A DNA stretch of 12,173 bases from a virus. Each line of letters starts with the position of its first letter. The first letter of the stretch is position 1. Positions 11,966 to 12,173 of the stretch are shown here, one piece after another. The translations under genes and the position numbers were made by a program. Under the pieces are notes generated by a model. That model was not told the origin of the DNA. It did not search any database and worked only from the letters and a program-made list of their open reading frames with translations. The DNA is taken from IMG/VR virus record IMGVR_UViG_3300028883_000031, positions 1 through 12,173 of that record; one strand, 5' to 3'.

Positions 11966-12173
11966 TCTGTTCGTTGTATATTTAATTCTGATTCGTTAGG
12001 TTGAAAACCTACTTGTCCTTGGTTCTTTTGTTCTTCTTCTTGCATCATTCCACTTAAACTTGGTGGTCTATTAAACTTTACTCTTATTGCTAATTGATTC
12101 CAAATGTCTTGTTCTAATAAAGTCTGCTCTTCAACATACACTGGTTCAAAAGTCATATAACCCACTTTAGATG
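11962..12173 (-). CDS. Portal protein, C-terminal segment; 12047..12173 duplicates 1..127, and unique sequence 11962..12046 carries the stop
   Basis: The 67-aa track ORF (M)GYMTFEPVYVEEQ... matches the in-frame continuation of the ORF leaving position 1. Its apparent M is a GTG inside the portal frame. Confidence 0.8.
   Translation of the reverse strand, partial: SKVGYMTFEPVYVEEQTLLEQDIWNQLAIRVKFNRPPSLSGMMQEEEQKNQGQVGFQPNESELNIQRTE
12047..12173. repeat. Terminal overlap copy 2, identical to 1..127
   Basis: Same comparison as for 1..127. Confidence 0.97.

Overview
The window is a complete, AT-rich viral genome of 12,046 bp. It carries a 127-bp exact end overlap (1..127 = 12047..12173), so the molecule is circular or circularly permuted, and the portal gene closes across the junction. 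All genes but one are on the minus strand. I recognise by eye a terminase large subunit, a portal, a scaffold-like protein, a DUF2190-like decoration protein and an HK97-fold major capsid protein. There is also a repeat-containing fibre protein, a LamG/concanavalin-like protein, and a 10-gene operon of very small proteins that starts with a ribbon-helix-helix candidate. I see no polymerase, primase, helicase, Rep, integrase, tail tube or sheath gene. Six transcription units start with a TTTAAATA/TTTATAAA box 19-21 nt from an ATG (exactly 21 nt in five of six), preceded by an A-rich BRE-like stretch. This is the archaeal TATA/leaderless architecture, so I infer an archaeal virus with an unidentified AT-rich host. 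The single large non-coding region (3510..4327) is the most unusual part. It holds a perfect 78-nt four-way-junction element, a CCTCC tract, a nested 16-bp inverted repeat and a 15-bp tandem array. It also holds a 17-bp inverted repeat enclosing a perfect homopyrimidine mirror repeat, an almost pure A/T stretch, and G-runs confined to one strand. It likely combines origin, packaging and regulatory functions. No homology search, fold prediction or statistics were run; protein calls rest on motif recognition and gene order.
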